NCBI GenBank assembly: GCA_012519905.1
Contig: JAAYPG010000016.1
Location: forward strand, 956-64,955
From: Clostridiales bacterium
GTDB lineage: Bacteria > Bacillota > Clostridia > Lachnospirales > Lachnospiraceae
Reading direction: 5' to 3'
DNA: 64,000 nucleotides
A program made the position numbers and the translations under genes. Positions 10,432-20,723 of this stretch are shown here, in pieces (the first letter of the stretch is position 1; each line of letters starts with the position of its first letter). A model generated the notes under the pieces. The model did no database searches, was not told where the DNA came from, and worked only from the letters and a program-made list of their open reading frames with translations.

Positions 10432-11904
10432 TTACTTAAAAAATGTATCTAGGGCATCCTGTACCTGTTGTTTATAGGTTTCTTGGAACTGTGCAGGTGT
10501 AACTGTTCCGTCAATTAAGGAATTAAAATCATAGCCAAATCCTAGGTTGTTATACATGTCAAATACTTCTCTACTACCTACATATGACATTACCTCAAAG
10601 TTCTCATTCTGAAGAGTTTCCTCCTTACCGGTTACTAGATACCACCAGAATAAGGACTCTCTCTGATCTGGCTCAGGCTTTCCTTCACTATAATTCCACA
10701 TATCATAAAGTACATTAAAGACAAGCTCTGGATCCTCTACGCCAGCTGGTATCATATAGTATTCTCCAGCTGATATCTTACCACCGTTGGTATTCTGATC
10801 TCCTGATGGTCCTACAGGCCATTGAACAAATACTGTATCAAATTCTAGGGTAACCCCGTTAACTCCAGTATAATCATAGTCTGCATGTTCTGATGCAATC
10901 CAAGCAGCTCCAGGCCAGAAGCCTATATTACCTTCTCTGTACTGGAAGGTCATAGCCTCGAAAACAGCATCTGAAAATTCATAGGGGTAGCAGACATTAT
11001 AGGTGTTATACATATCAGACATCATCTGAAGTACCTCACCAGTAGCTGCACTGGATAATTGCTCAGTCTTAGTTGCAGCTACATTGGCTCCATTACTCAT
11101 TAGAAGTTGCTCAAAAGTATACTGGTGAAAACCACAATATCCATATTGATCAACGGTTCCATCACCATCTGTATCCTGTGTTAATTTCTGTGCATATTCA
11201 ATGAACTTATCCCAGGTCCACTCACCTCTCTTATAAAGTTCACGGGGATCCTCTAGGTTGTTGTCTTGTAGCATCTGTAGATTAAATGCCAATGGATAAG
11301 TTGCCTCTATATTACTGGATAATTCTACCTTCTTTAGTAGATGAGCCTTGCCGTCTCCTAAATCAAGGTATTGTGCAACCTTCTGATTTGTGAATATATC
11401 AGAATCCGCAGGTAGAACTGTCTTTAAATCTGTTGCAAGGCCATTTATTGCTGCAGGTATACCAAAATTTAATTCAACTAGATAGATGTCACAATCCGGA
11501 GACCCTGCCAGTATTGATGTATTAATTGATTCCTTTACTCCCTCAAGAGTGAGGTTCTGCCAATAAAACTCTACATTGTATCTTTCCTCGATTGCCTTAA
11601 CATTATCAAACTTCCAATGAGCAGACTCAAGGCCTGAATAGCTTGGGTCGTCTTCAACTGATGTATGTGAACTATCATAATATTGTGGCCACCAGGTTCC
11701 TATGGTTATAATTCTCTTTTCTCCACTAGGTTTAGAAGCTTCAACATCTTTTTTATCTTCTTCCTTATCATTAGTATCAACATCTGTTTTATTAGTAACA
11801 CCTGTCTCAGTCTCATCCTTGGAATCCGGCTTACTACATGCAGTTATTCCTAGGATAAGGGTGCACACAAGAGCAAGTGAAAGTATTTTTTTAAATAACT
11901 TCAT
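10432..11904 (-). CDS. carbohydrate ABC transporter solute-binding lipoprotein
   Basis: Lipobox ITAC, acidic linker, YNVEF, GSPDCDI, GEWTWDKFIEYAQKLTQD SBP family-1 motifs. Confidence 0.85.
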   Translation of the reverse strand: MKLFKKILSLALVCTLILGITACSKPDSKDETETGVTNKTDVDTNDKEEDKKDVEASKPSGEKRIITIGTWWPQYYDSSHTSVEDDPSYSGLESAHWKFDNVKAIEERYNVEFYWQNLTLEGVKESINTSILAGSPDCDIYLVELNFGIPAAINGLATDLKTVLPADSDIFTNQKVAQYLDLGDGKAHLLKKVELSSNIEATYPLAFNLQMLQDNNLEDPRELYKRGEWTWDKFIEYAQKLTQDTDGDGTVDQYGYCGFHQYTFEQLLMSNGANVAATKTEQLSSAATGEVLQMMSDMYNTYNVCYPYEFSDAVFEAMTFQYREGNIGFWPGAAWIASEHADYDYTGVNGVTLEFDTVFVQWPVGPSGDQNTNGGKISAGEYYMIPAGVEDPELVFNVLYDMWNYSEGKPEPDQRESLFWWYLVTGKEETLQNENFEVMSYVGSREVFDMYNNLGFGYDFNSLIDGTVTPAQFQETYKQQVQDALDTFFK

Positions 11905-11967
11905 TCCTTTAACCTCCTTATTATTTGGCTCTTTTAGAATAATATATTTGGACTGGCTGTAAACCTT

Positions 11968-13920
11968 CTAGTATACTGGATATCCTAGAGTTACTTTATA
12001 TACCTCCCAAGGCATATCACTTTCACACTGTAGCTGACTTAAGTAGGTTACAAAATCATCGGTTCCACAAGCTTGTACTAGCTGGTCATAAGTTATCTGC
12101 GCCCTTTTACCATCATCAGCTGGTTTACCTTCAGGTCCATCAAATCCAACACGTTGCCAGCTAAATGGTGCTCCATCTACCCATGACTGGGCTACAAGCC
12201 AGATAAAACCGTCTGATTTGTAGTCTATAGTAATAACACATCCCGGTTGTATCAAGGCAGGATCAAGTGTTCCGTCCCATGCCAAGGTAGTCATATCAGC
12301 AGACTGTGCATATTCGCCAGCACTACCACCATTACCGATTTGAACTTCATTTTTTACAGATACAATACCTGAAGGATAGCCAATACTTACACTATAGACC
12401 TCCCAAGGCATATCACTTTCACATTGTAGCTGACTTAAGTAGGTTACAAAATCATCGGTTCCACAAGCTTGTACTAGCTGATCATAAGTTATCTGAGCCC
12501 TTTTACCATCATCAGCAGGTACACCTTCAGGTCCATCAAATCCAACACGTTGCCAGCTAAATGGCGCTCCATCTGCCCATGACTGAGCAACTAGCCACAT
12601 GCGTCCTTCAGATTTATAATCAATGTTTATAATACAGCCTGGCTGAATTAAGGCAGGATCAAGTGTTCCGCCCCATGCCAAGGTAGTCATATCCGCGGAC
12701 TGTGCATATTCACCTGCACTACCACCACTACCTATTTCTATCTCATCCCTTAATGATACTATTCCAGATCTTTCGCCAATGGTTACACTTGATACGGTCC
12801 AATCCAAATCACTTTCACATTGTAGCTGGCTTAAGTAGGTTACAAAATCATCTGTTTGACAGTACTCTACCATCTGCTCATAGGTAATCTGTGCTATAGT
12901 ACCACTTGGATTCTTAATAGATGCACCCCCGTCTGCTACTCGCTGCCAGCCAAATGGTGCTCCATCCTCCCAGGATTGTGCTACTAACCACATATCTCCT
13001 TGAGATTCATAGTATATATTAATAACTGTATTTTCCTTTATGAGAGCGGGATCTATGGTTCCACCCATAGCTAAAGTATTCATTCCAGTTCCCTGCTTAT
13101 AGGCTATATCACCATCATTGCTCCACAATTCAATTTCATTTTTAACAGGGATTAGATTTGTCCTATCAACCTCCGAGAAGCCTGGGGGCTCTGCAAATGC
13201 CACTGTGCTGTCAGCCTTGATAACATTACCAGCCTCGTCCATAACTCTGATATTATCAATAAAGATATTGGCATTTGGGCCACCAGCAGAAGGGCCATTA
13301 TCTGTCTGCAATGAAAGGATTATCATGTTCTGATAGCCAGAGATAAACTCTTCACCCTTATCAAGCACAGCTTTTGCAGTATTAGGGTTCTTAGTAGCTA
13401 GGTAAACTGAGAAAGGATCATTAGATTCTCTTCTCCCCTCACCACTGTATGCAGTTATTTTACCTGATGTAGCATAGAACTTTCCATCTGGATGCTCAGT
13501 TCCTACATCCATGGTTATAGTTCTTACATCAGCAATCTTATCCCCTACTAGACTTGCAATATCAATAGCAATATAAGGGATTTTGCCATTCATGTTAGTT
13601 ACCTTAAGTGCCTTGCTGTTATTAAAGTCAGCTATAGATAATTCTGAGGCATCAGCATTTGAAGGAGCCTTGTATACTGCCACAAACTCATAAAGCCCAT
13701 CTTCAAAGTCTATACTAGCTTCCTTTACCTCTACTACCGGCTCATTAGTTTCCTTCTTATCTTCAGTATCATCATCCTTGATGTCTTCCTTATCCGTTTC
13801 TTGGTCGGTTACCCCCGTTGGACTATCTGTCTCTTTGGTATCTTCTTTCTCCTTACAGCCTACCAAGGACAGAAGCATTATTGCGCAAAGTAAAAGCGCA
13901 AATAGTTTTTTTGCCTTCAA
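11968..13920 (-). CDS. non-catalytic surface lipoprotein with three tandem CBM-like (CBM65-like) modules
   Basis: TTG start with GGAGGAG RBS, lipobox LVGC, three ~132-aa Trp-rich repeats containing AQITY(E/D)Q....(G/Q)TDDF; no GH catalytic motif seen. Confidence 0.65.
   Translation of the reverse strand: MKAKKLFALLLCAIMLLSLVGCKEKEDTKETDSPTGVTDQETDKEDIKDDDTEDKKETNEPVVEVKEASIDFEDGLYEFVAVYKAPSNADASELSIADFNNSKALKVTNMNGKIPYIAIDIASLVGDKIADVRTITMDVGTEHPDGKFYATSGKITAYSGEGRRESNDPFSVYLATKNPNTAKAVLDKGEEFISGYQNMIILSLQTDNGPSAGGPNANIFIDNIRVMDEAGNVIKADSTVAFAEPPGFSEVDRTNLIPVKNEIELWSNDGDIAYKQGTGMNTLAMGGTIDPALIKENTVINIYYESQGDMWLVAQSWEDGAPFGWQRVADGGASIKNPSGTIAQITYEQMVEYCQTDDFVTYLSQLQCESDLDWTVSSVTIGERSGIVSLRDEIEIGSGGSAGEYAQSADMTTLAWGGTLDPALIQPGCIINIDYKSEGRMWLVAQSWADGAPFSWQRVGFDGPEGVPADDGKRAQITYDQLVQACGTDDFVTYLSQLQCESDMPWEVYSVSIGYPSGIVSVKNEVQIGNGGSAGEYAQSADMTTLAWDGTLDPALIQPGCVITIDYKSDGFIWLVAQSWVDGAPFSWQRVGFDGPEGKPADDGKRAQITYDQLVQACGTDDFVTYLSQLQCESDMPWEVYKVTLGYPVY
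11971..13150 (-). repeat. three intragenic tandem repeats, 396-bp period
   Basis: ACTTTCACA(T/C)TGTAGCTG(A/G)CTTAAGTAGGTTACAAAATCATC recurs at 12019, 12415 and 12811. Confidence 0.9.
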
Positions 13921-13982
13921 TTTTTACTCCTCCTTTTTTATAAAATACGTATTGAGTATTTCTTTGGGTGGAAGCATTTTTT

Positions 13983-14981
13983 CTATCCCACAATACCACT
14001 ACGCTCCACTCCCTCTATAAAGTATTTCTGAAGAGCAATATAGATAATAATAATCGGCAGCATTACAAGTACAATTCCAGCATCTAGATAGAGCTCTTGG
14101 ATGGTTGTATCCAGGATTTTATCTACATTCTTAATTGTTGCCTGTAGAGTTGTTAATTTCTTGCTGATTACAATATCCTCACTAATCAGAAACAACTTCG
14201 AATAAAATGTATCATTATACTGCCAAACCATAGAAAACACTGCTACGGTTATGACAGATGGTACCGCATTTACTAGCATGATCCTAAAATATGTGTACCA
14301 GGTACCAGCCCCGTCAACTAAGGCTGCCTCTTCAATTTCTTTTGGTAGGCCTCTGAAAAATTGATTAAATATATATATGTATAGGCCTGACCGAACTCCA
14401 CATCCAAATATTGTCATAATATACATTGGCACCGGAGTAGACATAAGATTTATGGGCTTCCCGGCAATTAAGCTAACTAAGCCCAAGGGATCGAAGTTTC
14501 TAAATGTCATATATATTGGAAGCATAATGGTATGATCCGGTATTACAATCATCACTACCACACAAGCGAACAAAAGCTTCTTAAATGGAAAGTTGAATCT
14601 TGCGAAGCCATAACCAACCATAGAGCATACAAATACTTGAATAAGCATAAGTGAACCAGAATATAAAAGATCTCTGCTTATTGTGGGTATATAGTTCAGG
14701 CGTTCCCAAGCAAGCCTATATCTTTCCAGGGTGGAATTCTGGGGTATCATATATACCATAGGATTATAGGCATCCGTATCAGACATAAATGAATTTACTA
14801 CCATTCCTATCACAGGAGCCAGAATAACATAGCAGATACCGATAATAACTATAAAACTAAACACTTTGATTATAAGGTGCTTGGTGCTTGATACCATTCC
14901 CTTTGTATAGTTAATATATTTAGGATTGGATGTAGTCATATTAAATCTTGATTTTGCTTTACTATCTACTTTTGAACTCAT
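13983..14981 (-). CDS. carbohydrate ABC transporter permease (MalG type)
   Basis: EAA loop LPKEIEEAALVDGAG; multiple TM segments. Confidence 0.9.
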   Translation of the reverse strand: MSSKVDSKAKSRFNMTTSNPKYINYTKGMVSSTKHLIIKVFSFIVIIGICYVILAPVIGMVVNSFMSDTDAYNPMVYMIPQNSTLERYRLAWERLNYIPTISRDLLYSGSLMLIQVFVCSMVGYGFARFNFPFKKLLFACVVVMIVIPDHTIMLPIYMTFRNFDPLGLVSLIAGKPINLMSTPVPMYIMTIFGCGVRSGLYIYIFNQFFRGLPKEIEEAALVDGAGTWYTYFRIMLVNAVPSVITVAVFSMVWQYNDTFYSKLFLISEDIVISKKLTTLQATIKNVDKILDTTIQELYLDAGIVLVMLPIIIIYIALQKYFIEGVERSGIVG

Positions 14982-14996
14982 AAGGCCACTCCCTTC

Positions 14997-15911
14997 CTAA
15001 TTATAATAAAAGGTTCTCTTCTGAATAAATCCACATATTAGGACCAATATGAGACAGATGATAACCGTACTAACCAGACTAAATACTGAGCTTAGGCCAT
15101 AATCAAAGCTAGTAAATGCCATGTCATAGGCGAGAGTAACAACCTCACTCTCTGCAAAATTGTCTATAACCGTATATACCACATTGGTTATAATATGGGG
15201 CATTACCATGGGAAATGTAACTCTCCAAAAAGTCTCATAGGCTGTTGCCCCCTCTATCTTAGCAACCTCATACATTGAGCCCGGTATGGACTGTAGGGCC
15301 GCTATGAATATAACTATTTGAACCCCTGAAGCTGTTATGATTTTGTTTATCCGGCCAACCGCAGCTACTATATAATCCAAAACTGCTTCGGGCATGGCAA
15401 AATCCTTAAACAGGTTGATATAATAGTTCACATCTACACCAGTGGATGAGCCTTCTGCTATCATCTGGCCACTCCCTGCAGATATACCCCCTGCCATCAT
15501 CTGCTGGCTTAATTCCAAGGCCCCTGATATGGCACTGCTATTAAGGATAACAGGAAGAAAGAATATAGCCCTAACTACTGTCCTTCCCTTAAACTCTTTA
15601 TTGAGAAGCATAGACATAAACAAGCTAAAGAATATAATAAGCGGTATATCTAGGATTATATTACCTACTGATGTAGTTAAAACCTGCTTAAAGGTTCCAT
15701 GCTCTCTAAAGGCATATATAAAGTTCTCTAGTCCAACAAATTTTAGCTCGTAGCCTCCAATGGCACCGACACTAAGCTCTGACAGACTAAATTGGGCTGT
15801 TAGTACAATACTTCTTATATAAAAGATAATAAAACCAACAAACCATGGAAGAATAAACATATAACCATTTATTATTTTTTTCTTAGTAAGGGTCAGCTTT
15901 TTTTTCTTCAT
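14997..15911 (-). CDS. carbohydrate ABC transporter permease (MalF type)
   Basis: LQSIPGSMYEVAKIEGATAYETFWRVTFP EAA loop. Confidence 0.9.
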   Translation of the reverse strand: MKKKKLTLTKKKIINGYMFILPWFVGFIIFYIRSIVLTAQFSLSELSVGAIGGYELKFVGLENFIYAFREHGTFKQVLTTSVGNIILDIPLIIFFSLFMSMLLNKEFKGRTVVRAIFFLPVILNSSAISGALELSQQMMAGGISAGSGQMIAEGSSTGVDVNYYINLFKDFAMPEAVLDYIVAAVGRINKIITASGVQIVIFIAALQSIPGSMYEVAKIEGATAYETFWRVTFPMVMPHIITNVVYTVIDNFAESEVVTLAYDMAFTSFDYGLSSVFSLVSTVIICLILVLICGFIQKRTFYYN

Positions 15912-18544
15912 TATTTAACCTCCCTTATCTCATAGGCCTTAGCCGGAATGGTTATTCCCTCCACAGCAACATCCTCTGACAGATAATTAATATAAAATAC
16001 GATACTGTTACTATAGGTAACCTTACTAATACCATCCCTAATAATCTCATAATCTATTATAGTCTCACCAGATACCCTACTTAATGCCTCATTTACATCC
16101 CGATATATTCCTACAGCTTCTTCTTTCCATAGGTCATACATGGTTGAATAATTTTTATGTAGTCCAGTATATTTCAATTCATTTGCACTTTTCTTTGTGA
16201 ACAGATAATGGGGAGAGGCCCCATATTCTATTAGGTTCAGGGTCAAATCAGCCCGATCTATATCATCATAGAAATTAATTAAGCCACCACTATAATCGAT
16301 GCTTCCATGAATAATCATCTGATATAAAGGAATATTGTCATCTACGATAAAATACCTGTTGTCACTCATGGGTACATTTATGATATCCGAGCTATATTTA
16401 AATGAATAATCATTGCCTCCGCTAACTAAGAGTTTCTTACCGGTAGCGCTTAGATTTTCAAACTGAGATATTACTACATCCAGCGCTTCTTCCCTATTAA
16501 TAAGATGTGTCCTCTTCTGATCTGAGTGTAAATCCTCTCCCAGATCCCTCAGAGATATACCATTAATATCAAGACCATCTATCCCCTTAATAAATCCATC
16601 CACATATCTTTGAAGGAACCTGGGTGATAGAAGATAATAGCCTGTCTCCGGATATCCCAGGGTAGAGGTCTTCGAAAGAGTGGCAGGATTTACATTGGCA
16701 AAATAAGCATAATAGCCGGCTCCATAATATCTTGAGGTTTCTTGATATTGGTTGTATCTCTTGCTTATATGGGACACCCTTTGAAATGAAGCCTCTCCAT
16801 AGAAGGACCCCCCATTGTCCTCAACCTTCTTACTTAATTCTTCTAAGCCAGATTTTCCCCCTAGCTTTCTAATTACTTTTACCCTATCAGACACATCATG
16901 GAAATACCCACCATTAAACCATCCCTGAAAATTCATTACCTGATTCTTAATTCCACTGGCCAGCAAATCATCAGATATATTAGCGGCATCCTTAAATGTT
17001 GTAACAGGATTAACAGATAAATACTGACTACCAAGAAAATATGCTGTTTCCTTAACGCCACCTACAAGATCATAGTAGAAGGGTATGTCACCATTACTAT
17101 TCTTTAGTGTAAGTACTCCTTCATCTATTAATCTTTGTCTATAATAATTAGCTATTCCACTATAGCCCGCATACTCATCTGTTAGCAGAGTGTATTTTAC
17201 ACTCAGATTGTAATCATATATATCATTTACCACTATGGGTAGGTCTGCCTCATTACCGGTATTGCCAAATAAGGAGAGAACATCATAGCCTCTTAGCTGA
17301 AAGGATGGATAGGCATAGTTGTAGCTACTATATTTACCACTTATACCTGCTGTGATATTGGCCAAAGACGCACCATCCTCTATGGTTGCTAGAACACTAA
17401 AGTCATCTCTACATATACCAAACAGCCCCAGCCTTGCTTGCTCTGTATATTCAGATTGTGTCAAACTATCTGATATAGGGTCAAGATTATATATATACTG
17501 AGAATAATCAGCTGCATTAATCTTTCCGTTATTAAAGTTAATAATTGAACCAGAACCATTGGGAACAACCATATAGCCTGACTCATCCGCTCCTGCTGCC
17601 CCCATATATCTATGTAATTGGATTCTATATATCTTGGCTCCACCAAACTCCTTAATTTTGCCGGTGGGAATAGATACTAGAAGTCCATCATCCTCAAGCC
17701 TATATTCTAATGGGATTATAAAAGATACTGCCTCCCTGTCGTCCTCAAACCCGGCCAGCTCCATTTGCTCATAATATTCATCCTCTGTAAATCCAACATT
17801 CTCAAGAAAGCCGTTTATCTTCTGAATAGTTACCTTATTCTTCTGAGCCACACCGTTTAATTCGAGCATGCCAGGAACAGTCTTACTATCCCTATAATAA
17901 CGTCCTAAGGCTTGGGCATCATTTTCAGCTAGCTTTGATTGTAGCTCCTCAAGCTTCTCACTGGTCATGAATATGGGTACAATCCCTGTGGCCGTACCGC
18001 TATAGTCACCTAAATCATAGATATAACGTATACCATCCTTAATCGCTTCAACCTCCAGTTGCCCACGCTCCACTGACATACTATAGGAGTCATATACTCC
18101 GGAGGCTCTATTCTTATTGAAGTAATTAATAATAAATTGAGATTTAAGATAACGTTTATTTGTATCATTTGCTATGGGATCATCATCTGCATTTAGGGGG
18201 TTGGAATATATGACCGCCTGATTCCTCTTATCATAAACTGCAACCTCTGCTGTCTTAGTATTTGTATATAATTTAAGGTGTTTATTTTCTGCCACCAAAT
18301 CCATACCCTTAACTGAAGGGCTTTCATCAGGGATAGCAGCAAATTCTTTACCCTCATCATAATCATAGGTAGATAGATACTCTTTATATCCATCATAGGA
18401 GTAAAAGCGTATATAGTAATACAAAAGCCACCCTAATAAACACAACACAGCTAAACCAAGGATACATAACCCTACTCTTCTTGATAGCCTTTTATTAACA
18501 TATTTTCTATTTTTATGTTTGGGTTTTTTTATTGATAATATCAT
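15911..18544 (-). CDS. DUF5696-like membrane-anchored extracellular protein
   Basis: N-terminal TM, ENKHLKLY, GYMVVPNGSGSII, YQMIIHGSIDY pattern; position after Yip1 in this cassette type. Confidence 0.7.
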   Translation of the reverse strand: MILSIKKPKHKNRKYVNKRLSRRVGLCILGLAVLCLLGWLLYYYIRFYSYDGYKEYLSTYDYDEGKEFAAIPDESPSVKGMDLVAENKHLKLYTNTKTAEVAVYDKRNQAVIYSNPLNADDDPIANDTNKRYLKSQFIINYFNKNRASGVYDSYSMSVERGQLEVEAIKDGIRYIYDLGDYSGTATGIVPIFMTSEKLEELQSKLAENDAQALGRYYRDSKTVPGMLELNGVAQKNKVTIQKINGFLENVGFTEDEYYEQMELAGFEDDREAVSFIIPLEYRLEDDGLLVSIPTGKIKEFGGAKIYRIQLHRYMGAAGADESGYMVVPNGSGSIINFNNGKINAADYSQYIYNLDPISDSLTQSEYTEQARLGLFGICRDDFSVLATIEDGASLANITAGISGKYSSYNYAYPSFQLRGYDVLSLFGNTGNEADLPIVVNDIYDYNLSVKYTLLTDEYAGYSGIANYYRQRLIDEGVLTLKNSNGDIPFYYDLVGGVKETAYFLGSQYLSVNPVTTFKDAANISDDLLASGIKNQVMNFQGWFNGGYFHDVSDRVKVIRKLGGKSGLEELSKKVEDNGGSFYGEASFQRVSHISKRYNQYQETSRYYGAGYYAYFANVNPATLSKTSTLGYPETGYYLLSPRFLQRYVDGFIKGIDGLDINGISLRDLGEDLHSDQKRTHLINREEALDVVISQFENLSATGKKLLVSGGNDYSFKYSSDIINVPMSDNRYFIVDDNIPLYQMIIHGSIDYSGGLINFYDDIDRADLTLNLIEYGASPHYLFTKKSANELKYTGLHKNYSTMYDLWKEEAVGIYRDVNEALSRVSGETIIDYEIIRDGISKVTYSNSIVFYINYLSEDVAVEGITIPAKAYEIREVK

Positions 18545-18590
18545 TTTCTCCCCCGTTCTACTTATAAATCTTAATACTAATAAGCCTGGA

Positions 18591-19226
18591 CTAAATTCTA
18601 TATATAATCTCTATATAGATACTATAAAAGAAGTTATAAATCTGATATATCAGGTCTGCCAGCAGTAAGGCAATAAAGATAATAATAAAGGCTGCCACCA
18701 TAGTAAGAAATAGTGTTACTAAGGTTTTAGCTAATGAATAATTGTGTACCTGCATGATACCCACTAACATCATAATCATTGTATAGGCTATGCCTACAAA
18801 CAATATAAGATAATAGAAGGCTTCCTCCCCATCGGCTATAAACAAGCTGATTATGGTTGCTAGATTTAGGAATATAATCAAAGGAACCATGGAATAACCT
18901 ATAGCAATAGCAATGTCCTTTAATCTACCCTCACCCTCCATCAGACAGGTTATAGACCAGTTGCTGACACAGAGAAGGACATATAATAATAGAACACCAC
19001 CAAGCTCATACAAGCTATCAATTGTACGAGGATCCAAATCATTAACTACAAAGCTTGCCATTAATCGATTTAAGGAAAAGCTTAAAGAAAATATCATAAC
19101 CAATAAAAGGGCTATGGGTATACTTCCTCTGTCTTGATGGCGAATCCAGTAATAACCATCCACAGGATGAGAAACCGTATAAAACAGATGCTTCCACTTA
19201 TCCTTAGAGAAATATTTAGTCATCAA
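18591..19226 (-). CDS. Yip1-domain membrane protein
   Basis: Five TM segments, HPVDGYYWIR, EGEGRLKDI pattern; follows the NHL gene. Confidence 0.75.
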   Translation of the reverse strand: MMTKYFSKDKWKHLFYTVSHPVDGYYWIRHQDRGSIPIALLLVMIFSLSFSLNRLMASFVVNDLDPRTIDSLYELGGVLLLYVLLCVSNWSITCLMEGEGRLKDIAIAIGYSMVPLIIFLNLATIISLFIADGEEAFYYLILFVGIAYTMIMMLVGIMQVHNYSLAKTLVTLFLTMVAAFIIIFIALLLADLIYQIYNFFYSIYIEIIYRI

Positions 19227-20715
19227 GCAGTCCCCTTTCCTTATTTATTCCCTTCCTTCTCCTATAGATTCGTCTTCCCACAGTAATCACAACCACAAGT
19301 AGGACAAGGCCTGTTAAGATATAACTCATATTTTCCTTAAGGACCTCATTTCGATATCTCCTAAAAGCTATGGAGTAATACTCGCTGCTCATACCTTTTT
19401 TGAGGTATTCCATGGCTTTTATATACTCTCCTGATGTCAGGTAAGCCTTACCTATACCTATATATGCCAGTTCATTATTCTCATCCAGTCTAAGAACCTT
19501 TTCCCACAATTGTACTGCCTTAGTCTCATCACCATCATACCTAAGGCCCACCGCTTCATTTATTAGGTTCCCATACTCTGTCTCTACAAATGTCAGAATT
19601 TCTGCTCGGTTTGCATCTAGTACGATTATTGTATCCCCAATGTTCTCAATAGCTACGGGGGTAACAAAGGTTCCTTCTTGAGTACCAAGGCCACCAAATA
19701 TATAGAGTAGATTACCCTCATGATCATATGTAAATACTCTTCCACGCTTCCTATCTAGAAGCGAATACATTCCCTTTTGGCGGTATACCACATCAGTAAT
19801 CTGGGAGGCTCCTGAATATTTGGTAAAGCCATCAACCTGAAGATCACCACCAAGGTTTTCATTACGGCCCTTTTTTATTACATCCTGTCCCCTCGGATTT
19901 AACCTTCTAATGGCCTGTATCCCATTCTCATCAATATTTGAGGCATATACAAAGCCATCATCATCAATATCTATACCTGTAAACTCCGTAGGGATAAAAA
20001 GCCTTTGGTTAGATCGCTCCTCCTTAGTGGCTATTCTTTTCCAGAACTTCTCCCATAGGGAGATTTTCACCTCTATGGTTCCAATAAACCCAATAAATTC
20101 ACCGTTATTCTCAAAAACCATAATACCTTCAAACATATTCTGTGCTATGCAAAATACTCTATCAGCGTAGTCCACCGATACCTTTAAAGGTGTAAACACA
20201 TATCCATCCTCTAGGATCTCTGAGCTGGGGTTTTTAATTATTTTTACTAGCTTGTAGTCCTTATCAAATACCACGATCCTATTCTTATAAGAATCAGCTA
20301 CATACAGCTCATTTTTTATAGACACACAGACACCAGTTGGAAATGAAAATGAATCGTTCTCCCCCTGATTATCAAAGCTCTCAATAACCTTAATAACCTT
20401 AGTCATTTTACTATCAAGTATAATGATTCTGTTATTACCTGTGTCTGCAATTACTACATCACCTTCAGGGGTCTTGCATATATCCCTGGGGTTAGAGAAA
20501 ACTCCTAGGGCCTCCCCTTCATATACAAGCTGAGTTCCTGATATTGAACCAGAGGGAATATAGGCAGCAGGGGTATAGACAATATCCTCATAATAATTAT
20601 AGTTGTATGTGTCATAGGGCAGTTCATTTGCAAGAACAGGACTGAAATTGCTTGCTAGAAAGGTCATTATGATTAAAGCTAATATGATCTTTTTAAGTTT
20701 AAGTAATGATTTCAT
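19216..20715 (-). CDS. NHL-repeat beta-propeller protein with TPR-like segment and C-terminal TM anchor
   Basis: IADTGNNRII, VADSYKNRIVVFD NHL repeats; start moved to MKSLL at 20715 (AGGGGG RBS, avoids overlap). Confidence 0.8.
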   Translation of the reverse strand: MKSLLKLKKIILALIIMTFLASNFSPVLANELPYDTYNYNYYEDIVYTPAAYIPSGSISGTQLVYEGEALGVFSNPRDICKTPEGDVVIADTGNNRIIILDSKMTKVIKVIESFDNQGENDSFSFPTGVCVSIKNELYVADSYKNRIVVFDKDYKLVKIIKNPSSEILEDGYVFTPLKVSVDYADRVFCIAQNMFEGIMVFENNGEFIGFIGTIEVKISLWEKFWKRIATKEERSNQRLFIPTEFTGIDIDDDGFVYASNIDENGIQAIRRLNPRGQDVIKKGRNENLGGDLQVDGFTKYSGASQITDVVYRQKGMYSLLDRKRGRVFTYDHEGNLLYIFGGLGTQEGTFVTPVAIENIGDTIIVLDANRAEILTFVETEYGNLINEAVGLRYDGDETKAVQLWEKVLRLDENNELAYIGIGKAYLTSGEYIKAMEYLKKGMSSEYYSIAFRRYRNEVLKENMSYILTGLVLLVVVITVGRRIYRRRKGINKERGLLDD

Positions 20716-20723
20716 ATTTCCCC

